Origin: Guillardia theta CCMP2712
Taxonomy: Eukaryota > Protista > Cryptophyta
Assembly (NCBI RefSeq): GCF_000315625.1
Contig: NW_005434662.1
Location: 847,615-911,614, forward strand
DNA: 64,000 nt
Direction of reading: 5' to 3'
The notes beneath the pieces were generated by a model that saw only the letters and a list, made by a program, of their open reading frames with translations, was not told the DNA's origin and made no database searches. This document shows, in pieces, positions 34,996-45,959 of this stretch. Position 1 is the first letter of the stretch; each line of letters starts with the position of its first letter. The position numbers and the translations under genes were made by a program.

Positions 34996-37900
34996 TATTG
35001 CAAGCGCTACAGCTCCTTTGCGGGGACCGATGACCAAGGGTGGAGGATTCGGCAACACCTGTCACCCCTTTCTAGTCATCCTGCAGCTTTGAAGCTCTAC
35101 TGCCAACATATCCTCCAAGGGGTCCTTCTTGGCCGGATGCCGGATCTTCTTATTCCTGCCCTGTCAGCCATTCGTCGAGGAGGCAGATTTATTCCCCTCT
35201 CCAAGGGAGCTGATAAACCTGGTCTCCGGCCAATTGTCATCGGTTCTGCACACCGTCGACTCGCGACGAAGCTTGCTTTGGCAGGGATTCGCTCATTTCT
35301 TGACCAGCACTTCCTCTCGTCTCACCCTCGAGCGATTCAGTTCGGGCTCGATCGAGACGGCTGTCTGAAGTTCTCGCAAACCGCGTCAGCGCTCCTGCCC
35401 CTTCACGCTCGCGGTGATGATGAGGATGTTGCCAACCCCACAGTGCTGGTGAGTTTGGATGCAAAGAACGCCTTCAACTCCCTCGACCGCCAGGCTCTCT
35501 TCGATGCAATCGAGGGACGTGCGAGTCGCGACTACTTTGATGGGAGCATCACTGAAGGCGCAAGCTTGCCCTCTTGCGAGCATCTCCGTTTGTTCGCCTC
35601 CTACCTCTCCAGCTACTATGGAGACTCTGCTGACCTTCGACTCTTTCACAAAAGTCAGTCAGCCTCCGTTCAGTGTACCTCGGGCGTCTGTCAGGGCGAT
35701 GTCCCCTCCAGCGTGTTTTTCTGCCACAGTATCCACCCCCTGCTCCTCCATATCGCAGAGCTTTTTCCCTCTGTTCGAGTCTTGGCCTATGCTGACAACG
35801 TCGTGCTTGTCGGTCCACTCGAGGATGCCGTTGCAGCTACGTCCGCTATGAAGAAGTACATGGTGGCTGATCTGAAGCTAGAGATTCAACCTCGCGAGTC
35901 GAAAGTTTACATCCCCTCCTGGCATCAACACCCTGATCTCTCGCAGCTGAAGAAGAGCCTTAAGCGCCGTCTCAAGACTCAACTTCTTCACTTCGAGGTC
36001 GTCACTGGCGGGATTACACTTGGCGGCCTGCCTATCGGCACGGATGGATTTCATGCTAGTCAGCTCCGAGCGAAGGTTTCTACCCTCAACGAAGAGCTCT
36101 CAAAGCTCGGGCTCGTCCAGCATGGCTTCATGTTCAAGACGCTGGTGAGGGCGAGCCATCTCCAGAAGCTGCGCTTCTTCCTCCAGGGGTCATCTCCGTT
36201 TCTCCCGCGGGTCCAATCACAGATTCGTCGCTTTGACCTCTCTGTCCACCTGGCGCTTGAGAAATACCACCGCTGGCCTTCCTCGCAGTACCTCGCCGCG
36301 CATCCCGACCTGCTAGAGTTTGCGAGGTTCAAGCGGGAGCTTCCGCATAGTCGGGGAGGGGACGAGTTCACGCCCTCTGAGGGTCTACACCCCGCTGTTT
36401 ACTATACGGCTATCGCTCGCTTCCTCGCTTGGTACTCTGACCAGCCCATGTCCCGGACCTTGCCCTCTCCTCATAGCCTGGACGTTCACTGCTCGAGATC
36501 TCTCCGTGCCCAGAAGCATCCTCTGGCGACCTTCTTCGTTGAGGCGCACGACTTCGTTCATAATGCTGGAGCGATCCTCTACCGTCGTGTCAAGGCTCCT
36601 GCACCGGCTGCAGATGGCGCGGCGATCCCACCTGCCCCGGCTGCTGTGCCTGATGACGCAGGACGCCCCCCGGCATCTGTGGTACACATCCCTGGTTTGC
36701 GCGCTCTCGTCGACTCGTCTCATGAGCACTTCATTCCTCCCCCTGCGCAGCGAAATGTGACCCCTCTTGTCATGCGCGTCTTCCCTCGCCATGTGCATGC
36801 TCGCGCTGCGCTGACCGATCAGCAGCGTGATATCCTCACCTTGCACAGCCGCAGGACACACTCGCTCAAGTCGCAGGATAGGGTCTTGCAGTCTACCATC
36901 TTCGCTCATTTTCCTGAGCGAGACCTGAGCCACTCTCCGATGCGAGTCTCGAGCTACTACCCCCTCAAGGCCTTCCCGCACCGCTATGCTCAGATGCTCG
37001 ACTGCTATCTCCATGGCATGCCGATCTGCCAGTGTCCGACGGAATGTGATGGATGTCAGCGCGAGCTCGATCCCTCCGTTGCTGCACATCATCTCCAGAC
37101 CTGCAAACGCCGATCCTCCAAGCTTCCCACGGCGCATGACAACCTTACTCGTACGATTCGGTCGATGCTGAACGAAGCTGGTCTTCAGAGCGTCATCGAT
37201 ACAGTGGGGGATCCTCGTTCTCGACGGCAGGTACCCTCCCATCCTCATGGCCGCAAGATGAAGGGCGATATCCACATTCCTGGAATCCGCGATCGAGGGT
37301 CCGAGCAGTACGAGGGCTTGATGGCGGACGTGACGTTGGTCCACCCTTACACGGACGTTCACTGCTCGAGGTCTCTCCGTGCCCAGAAGCATCCTCTGGC
37401 GACCTTCTTCGTTGAGGCGCACGACTTCGTTCATAATGCTGGAGCGATCCTCTACCGTCGTGTCAAGGCTCCTGCACCGGCTGCAGATGGCGCGGCGATC
37501 CCACCTGCCCCGGCTGCTGTGCCTGATGACGCAGGACGCCCCCCGGCATCTGTGGTACACATCCCTGGTTTGCGCGCTCTCGTCGACTCGTCTCATGAGC
37601 ACTTCATTCCTCCCCCTGCGCAGCGAAATGTGACCCCTCTTGTCATGCGCGTCTTCCCTCGCCATGTGCATGCTCGCGCTGCGCTGACCGATCAGCAGCG
37701 TGATATCCTCACCTTGCACAGCCGCAGGACACACTCGCTCAAGTCGCAGGATAGGGTCTTGCAGTCTACCATCTTCGCTCATTTTCCTGAGCGAGACCTG
37801 AGCCACTCTCCGATGCGAGTCTCGAGCTACTACCCCCTCAAGGCCTTCCCGCACCGCTATGCTCAGATGCTCGACTGCTATCTCCATGGCATGCCGATCT

Positions 37901-39280
37901 GCCAGTGTCCGACGGAATGTGATGGATGTCAGCGCGAGCTCGATCCCTCCGTTGCTGCACATCATCTCCAGACCTGCAAACGCCGATCCCGGAGTCCAAG
38001 CTTCCCACGGCGCATGACAACCTTACTCGTACGATTCGGTCGATGCTGAACGAAGCTGGTCTTCAGAGCGTCATCGATACAGTGGGGGATCCTCGTTCTC
38101 GACGGCAGGTACCCTCCCATCCTCATGGCCGCAAGATGAAGGGCGATATCCACATTCCTGGAATCCGCGATCGAGGGTCCGAGCAGTACGAGGGCTTGAT
38201 GGCGGACGTGACGTTGGTCCACCCTTACATTGGTAGCTCTGCCGACCTGACCAAGTGGGGGGAGGTCAACCTCGACGCCCTCCATGTTGCAGCGTCTGAG
38301 AAGATTCGCAAACATCGCGCTGCATATGCCATGACTACTCCTCCTCGAGCGTTCATCCCTCTTGCCATCTCGACGGACGGTACCCTGCATCCTGACACCC
38401 TCCGCTTCATCTGGTATCTTGCGGACATCATTGCTCAGCGCTCGATGCCTCTTGAGGATGCGGCGTTTGGTCGGCACTTCGTGCCTGATGACGGACCTGC
38501 TGCTGAGGTCTTGGCTCGCAAACGCGCCGCCACCTATCAGCGCCTCACTATGCAGCTGACGCTGGAAGCGCTCTTGTCTGGTGCGAGGCGCATGACGCCC
38601 TTGCGGGCGCAAGCACTTCTCGAGCCAGAGGACAGCTCCTCCTCAGACTTTGTCGAGTCGCCCGAGGGGGAGTCTTCGCCGGAGGTCTCCGACTCCGATG
38701 GGGGACACCCTTCGAGTGGCGCCGACGATCGGCGCGGAGCTGGCGAGGCGTCTCCGTCCCTCACTGTGACGTCGGGTGCCTCCGGAGAGCTCGACACCAC
38801 TGGGGTGCTTGCTGCTGGTCCGAGCTCGCCTGCTTCCTCCCCGGCATCGGTCGGGTCACGCCGGTCCTTGGGCATTGCCGCGGCGTCGCCGCCGTCACGG
38901 GCGGCTACCGCTGACTCGGCTACCGCTGACTCGGAGGCTAGCGAGGAGGACTACCTCGAGCGGTACCGTGTTCATGTGTCCAGCCTCCCTCCGTCCGCTG
39001 CCCCAGGCGGACCCCCGGGCAGCGCCGGCTCCTTGTCGGCGGCTGCCCTTTCTCCGTCCGCGGCCGCCCGCTTTGTGGCGGCAGCGGACGTCTCGACTGA
39101 CAGTGGTCAGTCGGCTGCCTCCGGGTATCGCGTCTGAGGGATTTTATTCCTCCTGCATGCTCCTGCTGCTTGTTGCTTGATTGCTTGACCCTTAGGCTGC
39201 TTGTCTGCGCGGCTTCGCGCTTGGGCTGGCGCTGCCGCGTCTGGGTGCCAGCAGTGCTGGCGTCTGGGTGCCAGCAGTGC
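34861..39280 (+). mobile_element. Non-LTR retrotransposon with restriction-like endonuclease (CRE-like); 5' end missing, disrupted
   Basis: RT motifs AG.D..GW..HL, LRPIVIG, QFG, SLDAKNAFNSL, SGVCQGD..S and YADN; zinc knuckle CDGC..HHLQTC; RLE HD..KGDI..DVTLVHP..K.RKH..FIPLAISTDG. ORF stop at 39137, followed by 3' UTR. Confidence 0.92.
36480..38229 (+). repeat. Internal tandem duplication (36480-37351 and 37353-38229) of the linker, CCHC and first part of the RLE
   Basis: Near-identical copies with an 873-bp in-frame period. The second copy has a 5-nt insertion (CGGAG, ~37990) that shifts the frame. Confidence 0.93.
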
Positions 39281-39960
39281 TCGCTAGGAACACGGTACCG
39301 CTCGAGGTAGTCCTCCTCGCTAGCCGGGCAACGCCGGATTCTGACCTTGGTGCTGAGGAGGACCCTAAGTGCCGACCAAACGCCGCATCCTCGAGCCAGA
39401 GGACAGCTCGAGTCGCCCGCCGGCCCGAGGAGTGTTCGCCGGAAGTCTCCTACTCCGATGGGGGACTTTGAAACATCCGGAGTGGAGCCGACGAGCTCAC
39501 TGCAACGTCGGATGCCTCCGGAGGCACTTTTTACCTTGTAGCCGCGTAGACAAGCAGGCTGAGGGTCAAGCAACAATCAGCAGGAGGGGAGGGACTTCCG
39601 AGCTGAAACTCCCTTAGACGCGATACCCGGAAGCACTGATCCGACTGATTCCTGCTTTTTTTTTGCTTGAGGCACTTTTTGAACAAGCTAAACCTGCATG
39701 CACACATCGCACAGCGAGAAGCTGCACAAACCGTGGCACACACAAAACACAAGACCAAAAGTAACCAGCACGTTTTGTGTGTTTGTGCAGCTGCATGCGG
39801 GTTTATCTAATCCGACTGAACATTGTCAGTCGCCGCCGCAAAGACAAGTCAGCCAGAGCTCTGCAGTCTCACCGACGAGGTGAGACGCAGTGACATGAGG
39901 ACGGAAGCGCTCATGAATGTAGAGGAAGACTCGGAGGTTGGAAGACATAGGATTTACGGG
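39281..39960. mobile_element. Older, diverged scrambled fragments of the same retroelement family
   Basis: Degenerate matches to the ORF end and 3' UTR in both orientations; partial terminal motifs at ~39521, ~39669 and ~39950. Confidence 0.8.
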
Positions 39961-40332
39961 CCATAAGCCCTCCTGCCAATGGGAGGTGGCCTCTCGGGTC
40001 CATGGCAATCTGCTGCAACGTGGGGGTACCGGGCCTACCACCTCCACTGGTGGAATTCTGCAGGGCAACGGGTGAGTGGTCGACCCGAAGGACTACCCCT
40101 GTGATACCTTTACTTACCGGGAATAGGGGGGGTGGTATACAGTACCGGTGGCTGAAAAGATAGACATGTAAATATTTCGCGGGACGTGATTGGTGTCCCC
40201 TACCCTACCGTGGTTTACAACTGAGGGGAATAAGGGGAAGGGGGGTAGTCAACCACCCCCGAGGGGAGAAAAGCGGAGTCGGCGGGCGAGTCCCCGTGAA
40301 AAATGGAAATGCGAGGTGTGTGCCGACAGGGA

Positions 40333-40833
40333 ATGGGAGAAGGTGTTCGATTGTTGGCTTTGCTCTTCTTTTCGACTTTTTTGAGCGTCAATGGCTCGTT
40401 CATTGATTGTCCCAGTTGTCCCAGCAACAGTTATGAAATTTTTGGTTGCAGTACTTCCTATGGAACATGCTTGGACGTCAATACAGGGAACACAGCACCG
40501 GCATGCTGGTGTCGATGCATCACTGGGTATTATTATTACCAGTACACTGACAGCCTGGGAGTCGTTGTGGATGCCTGTTCGCCTTGCACAACGTGCTCTG
40601 CCAACCAGTATCAGTACAGCACATGCTCAGCCAATGGTCAAGATACTGTTTGTAAGACTTGCAGTGTCTGCCCGACGGGGAAGTATGCATCATCTGCGTG
40701 CACACGTACCACGGACACAGTCTGCACATAATGATTGTACCCGGTATGCCCATATTATGAATTCGATGGCGGAAAGGCAAGCGATTGCCTCCTTTGCCCA
40801 GTTGGATCGTACAGCAATTATCCGGAGACATAA
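40333..40833 (+). pseudogene. Secreted TNFR/NGFR-type cysteine-rich repeat protein, truncated
   Basis: Signal peptide MGEGVRLLALLFFSTFLSVNG; CSPCTTC..C..QDTVC..C..C..C..TDTVC repeats. The Cys-rich frame continues past TAA-TGA at 40729-40734 (CLLCPVGSYSNYPE). Confidence 0.65.
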
Positions 40834-41059
40834 CATCGTAGGGACGTGGTTGTGCAGGTGGGGAAACTGTGGGGACGACGTCCATGACCTTCACAACCCT
40901 TGACTTTGGCAGGTTCCCCTTGTACTGCACGATCCTCTGCCTAGGATTTTCACAACGCGGTGTGGTCGATCCAGACTTTTTTTAATTTTGAGAAATCAGT
41001 GATATCGCTGATGATTTTCAACGAGCGCGTATACATGGTGTTCTGACGCGTCAAATCTG

Positions 41060-41869
41060 ATAGGTTGAGCTGCCGTTCATTGAACTTTCAACTCCCCCGA
41101 GTCTGCCTGCCGGCTCATCACCCACTCGGCCGCGCGATGTGGACGTGCAACACTCAGGGATCCTGCCCGAGCTTGACGATCCACATCGTGCGGCAGCTCC
41201 TCCCGGAGCCAATCCAGGTTCTTCAGCTCCACTGCAGGGTGATCATACCCCTCTGATTCTTGAACATCTCGAGGAGGATGGAGTACCTCTTCTGCGGGGG
41301 CAAGCCCTCCACGCTCACCCCGCGGTGCATCACGATGTCGTAGGTCAGCACCCGCGGCTCGTGCCTGTTGATCGGCGCCCTGTCCTCGAGGAAGTGGGCG
41401 AGGACGAGCGTGCCCGGCGGCATCACGTTGCCCTGCATCGCCTCGTCCGAGGCATCAGGCGCCCCCTTATGCCGACAAAGGTCCGCCTCTCCCTGTCGAC
41501 GTAGATGCTGATCCCCACGCGATCCTTCGGAAGCCACGTGGCGAGGGGGGTGCAGCAGGCCTCCGCCTGCGCCGGCGCTTCAGGCAGCGCTCGTTGGTGC
41601 AGTCGGGATGCGAGCCGCGGTAAAAGCAGTGGAGCTCCACCTCCGTCCTCCACCTTCGTCTGCCGTGTGACGCAAGGAGGGAGGCTCAGGAGCTCGAAGC
41701 TCTCGCACATGCAGAGGTGGACAAGGGCCTTGGCGCACAGCCTCTCGCTCCAGAGGTCTGCAACCTCCATCCTGGCAAATTCGGTCGGATTTGGATTCGC
41801 CCGACAGGGACCTCCGGTGACATTTTCTGCAATGCATGATACATGACGCTGCGATGTTGACTGAAGCAT
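41060..41869 (-). pseudogene. Frameshifted intronless ORF resembling part of a covalent nucleotidyltransferase (mRNA capping enzyme or ATP-dependent ligase)
   Basis: VLTYDIVMHRGVSVEGLPPQKRYSILLE resembles motif IIIa ([FY]D....G..V..LP...R...L). No clear KxDG motif seen. Confidence 0.35.
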
Positions 41870-42121
41870 GCATCCTCGCCATCACGGCAATCATTATGTC
41901 CGCTTTTGCCTCCTACCTGAAGCAAAACCTTTTCCCGGACATATGCTTCCACGACGTGTTGAAGATTCTGACCGGGAACCACTTTGTGCTGCTGAAGTAC
42001 ATCGACCCCTCTTTGTGCATCGTCTACGTGATGCTCTTCAAGTTCGCCTTCGCCTACCTGTGCTTCCGGCTTAAGCATCTCAAGAACAACATATGGGGCA
42101 GTTTCAACACAGGACCAATGA

Positions 42122-42192
42122 GTTTACTCGCAGGAGGTAAAAAGTGCCTCAAGCAGAAGAAAGCAGGAACAAGCTAAACCTGCATGCACACA
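42122..42192 (-). mobile_element. Diverged short 3'-terminal copy of the CRE-like element
   Basis: TTTACTCGCAGGAGGTAAAAAGTGCCTCAAGCAG..AAAGCAGGAACAAGCTAAACC matches the terminal motif. Confidence 0.85.
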
Positions 42193-42460
42193 GGAAGTTA
42201 GCCTAGATAAAGGGCCTGACATGCGCCCGCAATTGGTCTCCGGTGGCTTCCCGGGTGTGACCAACCTGACCTCGCTTCTCAATGACAAGGGGAGCGCGGC
42301 TATTGTTCGGTTTGTTATGACTGTGAAATCAATAGTTGGCTTGCGATCTACGAGCGGGTGACAGATGCTTATGGAGCCTTCAGTGTCTCTGCAAGTATGG
42401 CCTGCGCCTGGTCGGACAGTGGCAACAAGCCCTGGGTCAAAAGACTTCAATGTGTATAGC

Positions 42461-42832
42461 AGCGAGATTGACTACTTCATAGACTACATCAAAGCGAGAT
42501 TGACTACTTCATAGACTACATCAAAGCGAGATTGACTACTTCATAGACTACATCAAAGCGAGATTGACTACTTCATAGACTACATCAAAGCGAGATTGAC
42601 TACATCATAGACTACATCAAAGCGAGATTGACTACTTCATAGACTACATCAAAGCGAGATTGACTACTTCATAGACTACATCAAAGCGAGATTGACTACT
42701 TCATAGACTACATCAAAGCGAGATTGACTACTTCATAGACTACATCAAAGCGAGATTGACTACTTCATAGACTACATCAAAGCGAGATTGACTACTTCAT
42801 AGACTACATCAAAGCGAGATTGACTACATCAA
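42461..42832 (+). repeat. 32-bp tandem repeat AGCGAGATTGACTACTTCATAGACTACATCAA, 11 copies plus a partial
   Basis: Counted directly; nearly perfect, with an internal GACTAC(T/A)TCA subrepeat. Confidence 0.97.
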
Positions 42833-43747
42833 CCGACTGGATGTCGGAGTTTGCCATCGACAAAGAGAAAACAACGATGGACGTAGCCAAAGCCAAGGAA
42901 TGGTTCAGGGAGGACAATTACCGTCGATTGAAGAGAATGGTGCATTCATATTACATTCATACCTCAAGCTCCTTCTGGGATGATGCAGAGATATGCACTT
43001 TCAGGGGACTATGCATATTATCCACCACATTGCGATTCGCCATAGCGGGTAACTTTGTCATGCACCCGGGTCAGGTGGATCCCATAGAAATGCACTTCCC
43101 TGACTACAAACGACCAACAAAGAGCAACATTTGTACATATACAAGCTGAAGAAGACATCAATAGCGATCTACATTCAAGAATGTCTTACTGTCTTACTGG
43201 AGAACGGAATGCGAAGTCCTCATCTTACCATCTTGTTTTAATTACACATCCTCACTGGAAAAGTACATCGGCATGAATCGAAGCGAGCTGCTCTCAAGGT
43301 GGTCACCGCCCCTCCCTTGCGACCGTTCTGCCAAGCCGCGCATGTCGTACACCATAACAGAGAGGAAAGCCCGTCATTCAACCGACCAGTATGAGAAGGC
43401 TTGAAGTTTTTGACGCAACAACAGGGTTTTCATTGTACATACGAGGATTGAAAAAGCAAGAGACGCGGAAGCTCTCAAGGGCAGGCTCTCCACACCAAAC
43501 GCCAGATCCCCCCCCCATCCCTGCCTCCATATTCGACGAGGTAGACCTGCTCAAGGAGCTCAAGGCGGCCGCCCTCCTCTACGACTACGCCGCCGAGTAC
43601 CTCACCGACGACGACGACGACAAGGCGGGGGCGGCGGAGAGATACCTGAACATAGTCAAGTCGCTGGCAAAGAGGCCAGAGGCGTACCCTTGTTCGATTT
43701 CCCAGTAAATTCTCGCTGTCGCGCATAAATCTTGCAATGGCATGATA

Positions 43748-43940
43748 GCCGGCGCTGCCCGGGGGTCCGCCTGGGGCAGCGGACACATGGAGGCTGGGCG
43801 CATGCTGACGGTACCGCTCCAAGTGATGCAAACAGTCCTCCTCACTGTCCTCAGCTGGCGCAGCGGCAGCCGAGACCGAGACCGCCAGTGACAGCAACGA
43901 TGCCGCAGCTGTGTAAGTAACCAGCACTGCTGGCAACCAG
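43748..43940 (-). mobile_element. Diverged CRE-like element fragment at the right edge of the island
   Basis: LERYR..SAAPGGPPGSAG translation and CCAGCACTGCTGGCAACC UTR motif. Confidence 0.8.
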
Positions 43941-44107
43941 GTAAAACTCTAAAACTTTGCTGGCCTTGCCTGATCCAATGTCTCCTCCTTCACTGTCTAA
44001 CGCGACAGGACAGAAACCCTTCGCAAAGCTGGTTCCTCCCCCCCCCCTTGAGGCTTCAGAGCTGAGGAGAACAAGACAAGCACGCGCTCTTTACATGATT
44101 TACAAGG

Positions 44108-45959
44108 CTACCAAAACAAAGGGTACACCCTCTGCTTCGACATGTTGTTGACCAGTAGGGCCAACGTCGTCATGATCTGCCGAACGAGTCAGAGCAGCCG
44201 CGAGGCTCAGGGAGGGCGGGCATACAAGGCAGTCAACTAAGACGGGGAAGAGGATGTAGATGTAGCCCAACTGCTTCAGCTGCTCTCCCTCGTCATTCCC
44301 GTCGCAGTCAAGCTCTGCTTCTCTCACCCGAGCTCCTCCACTCACAAAGATGGTACAGCAAGCAGTTGCCGGAGGATGCATCAGCCCTGACACGCCATAT
44401 CAGTTGCAACCTCACGCGTCGTCAACGCACCTGTGTACGTCATGACCATGATCGACACAGTGGGTGCTAGCGCGTTCATGACGTACTACCAGCAAAAGAG
44501 TCAGAGCAGCGAGGACGGGAAGTCTTGCCTGTGGCATGAAGTCTGGCTTGTTGGAGTCCATGAAGACTGCGATGCCTGCTGAGAGCATGTGGCCACCTAA
44601 GACCTGGAAGCATCAAGTCAGTTGTAAACCCTCCCCTGCCATCCTCATCTGCCTCACATTCCTCGGCTGTCCGAAGGGAGAGGTTGGGGTCGAGAACAAG
44701 ATCAGAGCAACAGCGGAGAAGGAGGTCACAAGCGCGTAGAGCGGGTACTCATTGTGCATGTAGAAACCAACGCGGTAGTCGAGGTACGTCATCGACACGA
44801 TCGCTAAGAAGCTTCCCAGGAATGTCCACATGCAGTAGTTGCGATCCGTCTTGGCAGGCGGCGCTCCCCCAGTTCCCTTGAACTTCCCCAAGTACGCGGT
44901 GAATTGCGATGCAAACTTCCCCTTGGCCCATTCAGCCTCTACTGCCGTCAGCGTCCTGCTCCGGCTTTCGAGCTGCTGCTTCATATTCATGAAAGCTGCC
45001 GTGACTTGCGCTCCCTGCCGTCGCAGGAAGAGCGTGTACCTCGAATCTGTGAAGCTGTACATGTTGAAGTCTTCGTCCGCCTCTTCCTCGTCTCTCTGAA
45101 GATCAGACCCCGTTTCCTCCATCAGAGCCTCTGCCCACGCATGCTGCGCGTTCTTCCACTGAGGGAGGAGGTCGTGGTAGTCAACAGCCTTGGGGGCGAC
45201 CAAGCAGGCATGGTCGAGCAGCCGCTTGAGGTTCTCGTTCTTCGTGGGGTCGAGCATGGCCGGCATCGCCTCCTGCGATTCGCCGCGGTGGCGGTAGAAG
45301 ACCATGACGGCCATGACCTTGGAGAGGTGAGGATGCCGCACAGGCACAGCCACCGACGCGTCGAACATCTTCATCATCACTTCGCTCCTGCCGTCCGCCT
45401 GCAGCTGCTCGTCCAACACCTCATAAGCCGACAGATTCTGCCAGTTAGTGTCCCCTCGTGCCCACGCCAACCCGGGGATGCCCTGGCCCTTGACGTAGCG
45501 GACGTCTTGAGCGATCTTGAGGAAAGAGTCCAGCACTCCCTGAATGTTGCGAGCCTCAGCAAACTTGACGGGGTTGATGTAGTACTGCCCCGAGTAGCGC
45601 ATCACGAACTCCCACTGCACTCTGATCCCTTCCTGTTCAGGCACGATCCGTCGAGGGCGAATCCAAACCTCTCCGAAAGCAAACCCCGCGCTATCACAAA
45701 CATCCTTCAGCAGCGCCTTCAGCGGCCCTGCATACTCTGCCTCCTCGCGTTCGGCCTCCTCCTCGAGGTTTCGTGGAGAGGTTCGCTTCAGAGCCTTGGG
45801 ACTTCCTGCCCTGATCTCTTGCACGATGCGATGAGTCGCCTGCTTCAGCTTGGCTGATGCCTTCTCATGCGCTTCTTTCGCGTGATCGCTTGCTCGTGCT
45901 GCGAGTGACTGGGCTTGAGAAGCTGTCTTGCCTGCAAACTCCAGCACGCGGTTTGACAT
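44108..45959 (-). CDS. GAF-domain / HPP-family membrane protein fusion, multi-exon
   Basis: GAF-like FGEVW..P, KGQGIPGLAWARG and AVPV. HPP family: TFLGSF, SFSAVALILFSTPTSPFGQPRN, GGHMLSA, MHPPA and terminal RVYPLFW*. Confidence 0.88.

Noticed and set aside
36385-37965. 526-aa minus-strand ORF
   Set aside because: Antisense shadow of the GC-rich retroelement ORF and its duplication; no recognisable motifs.
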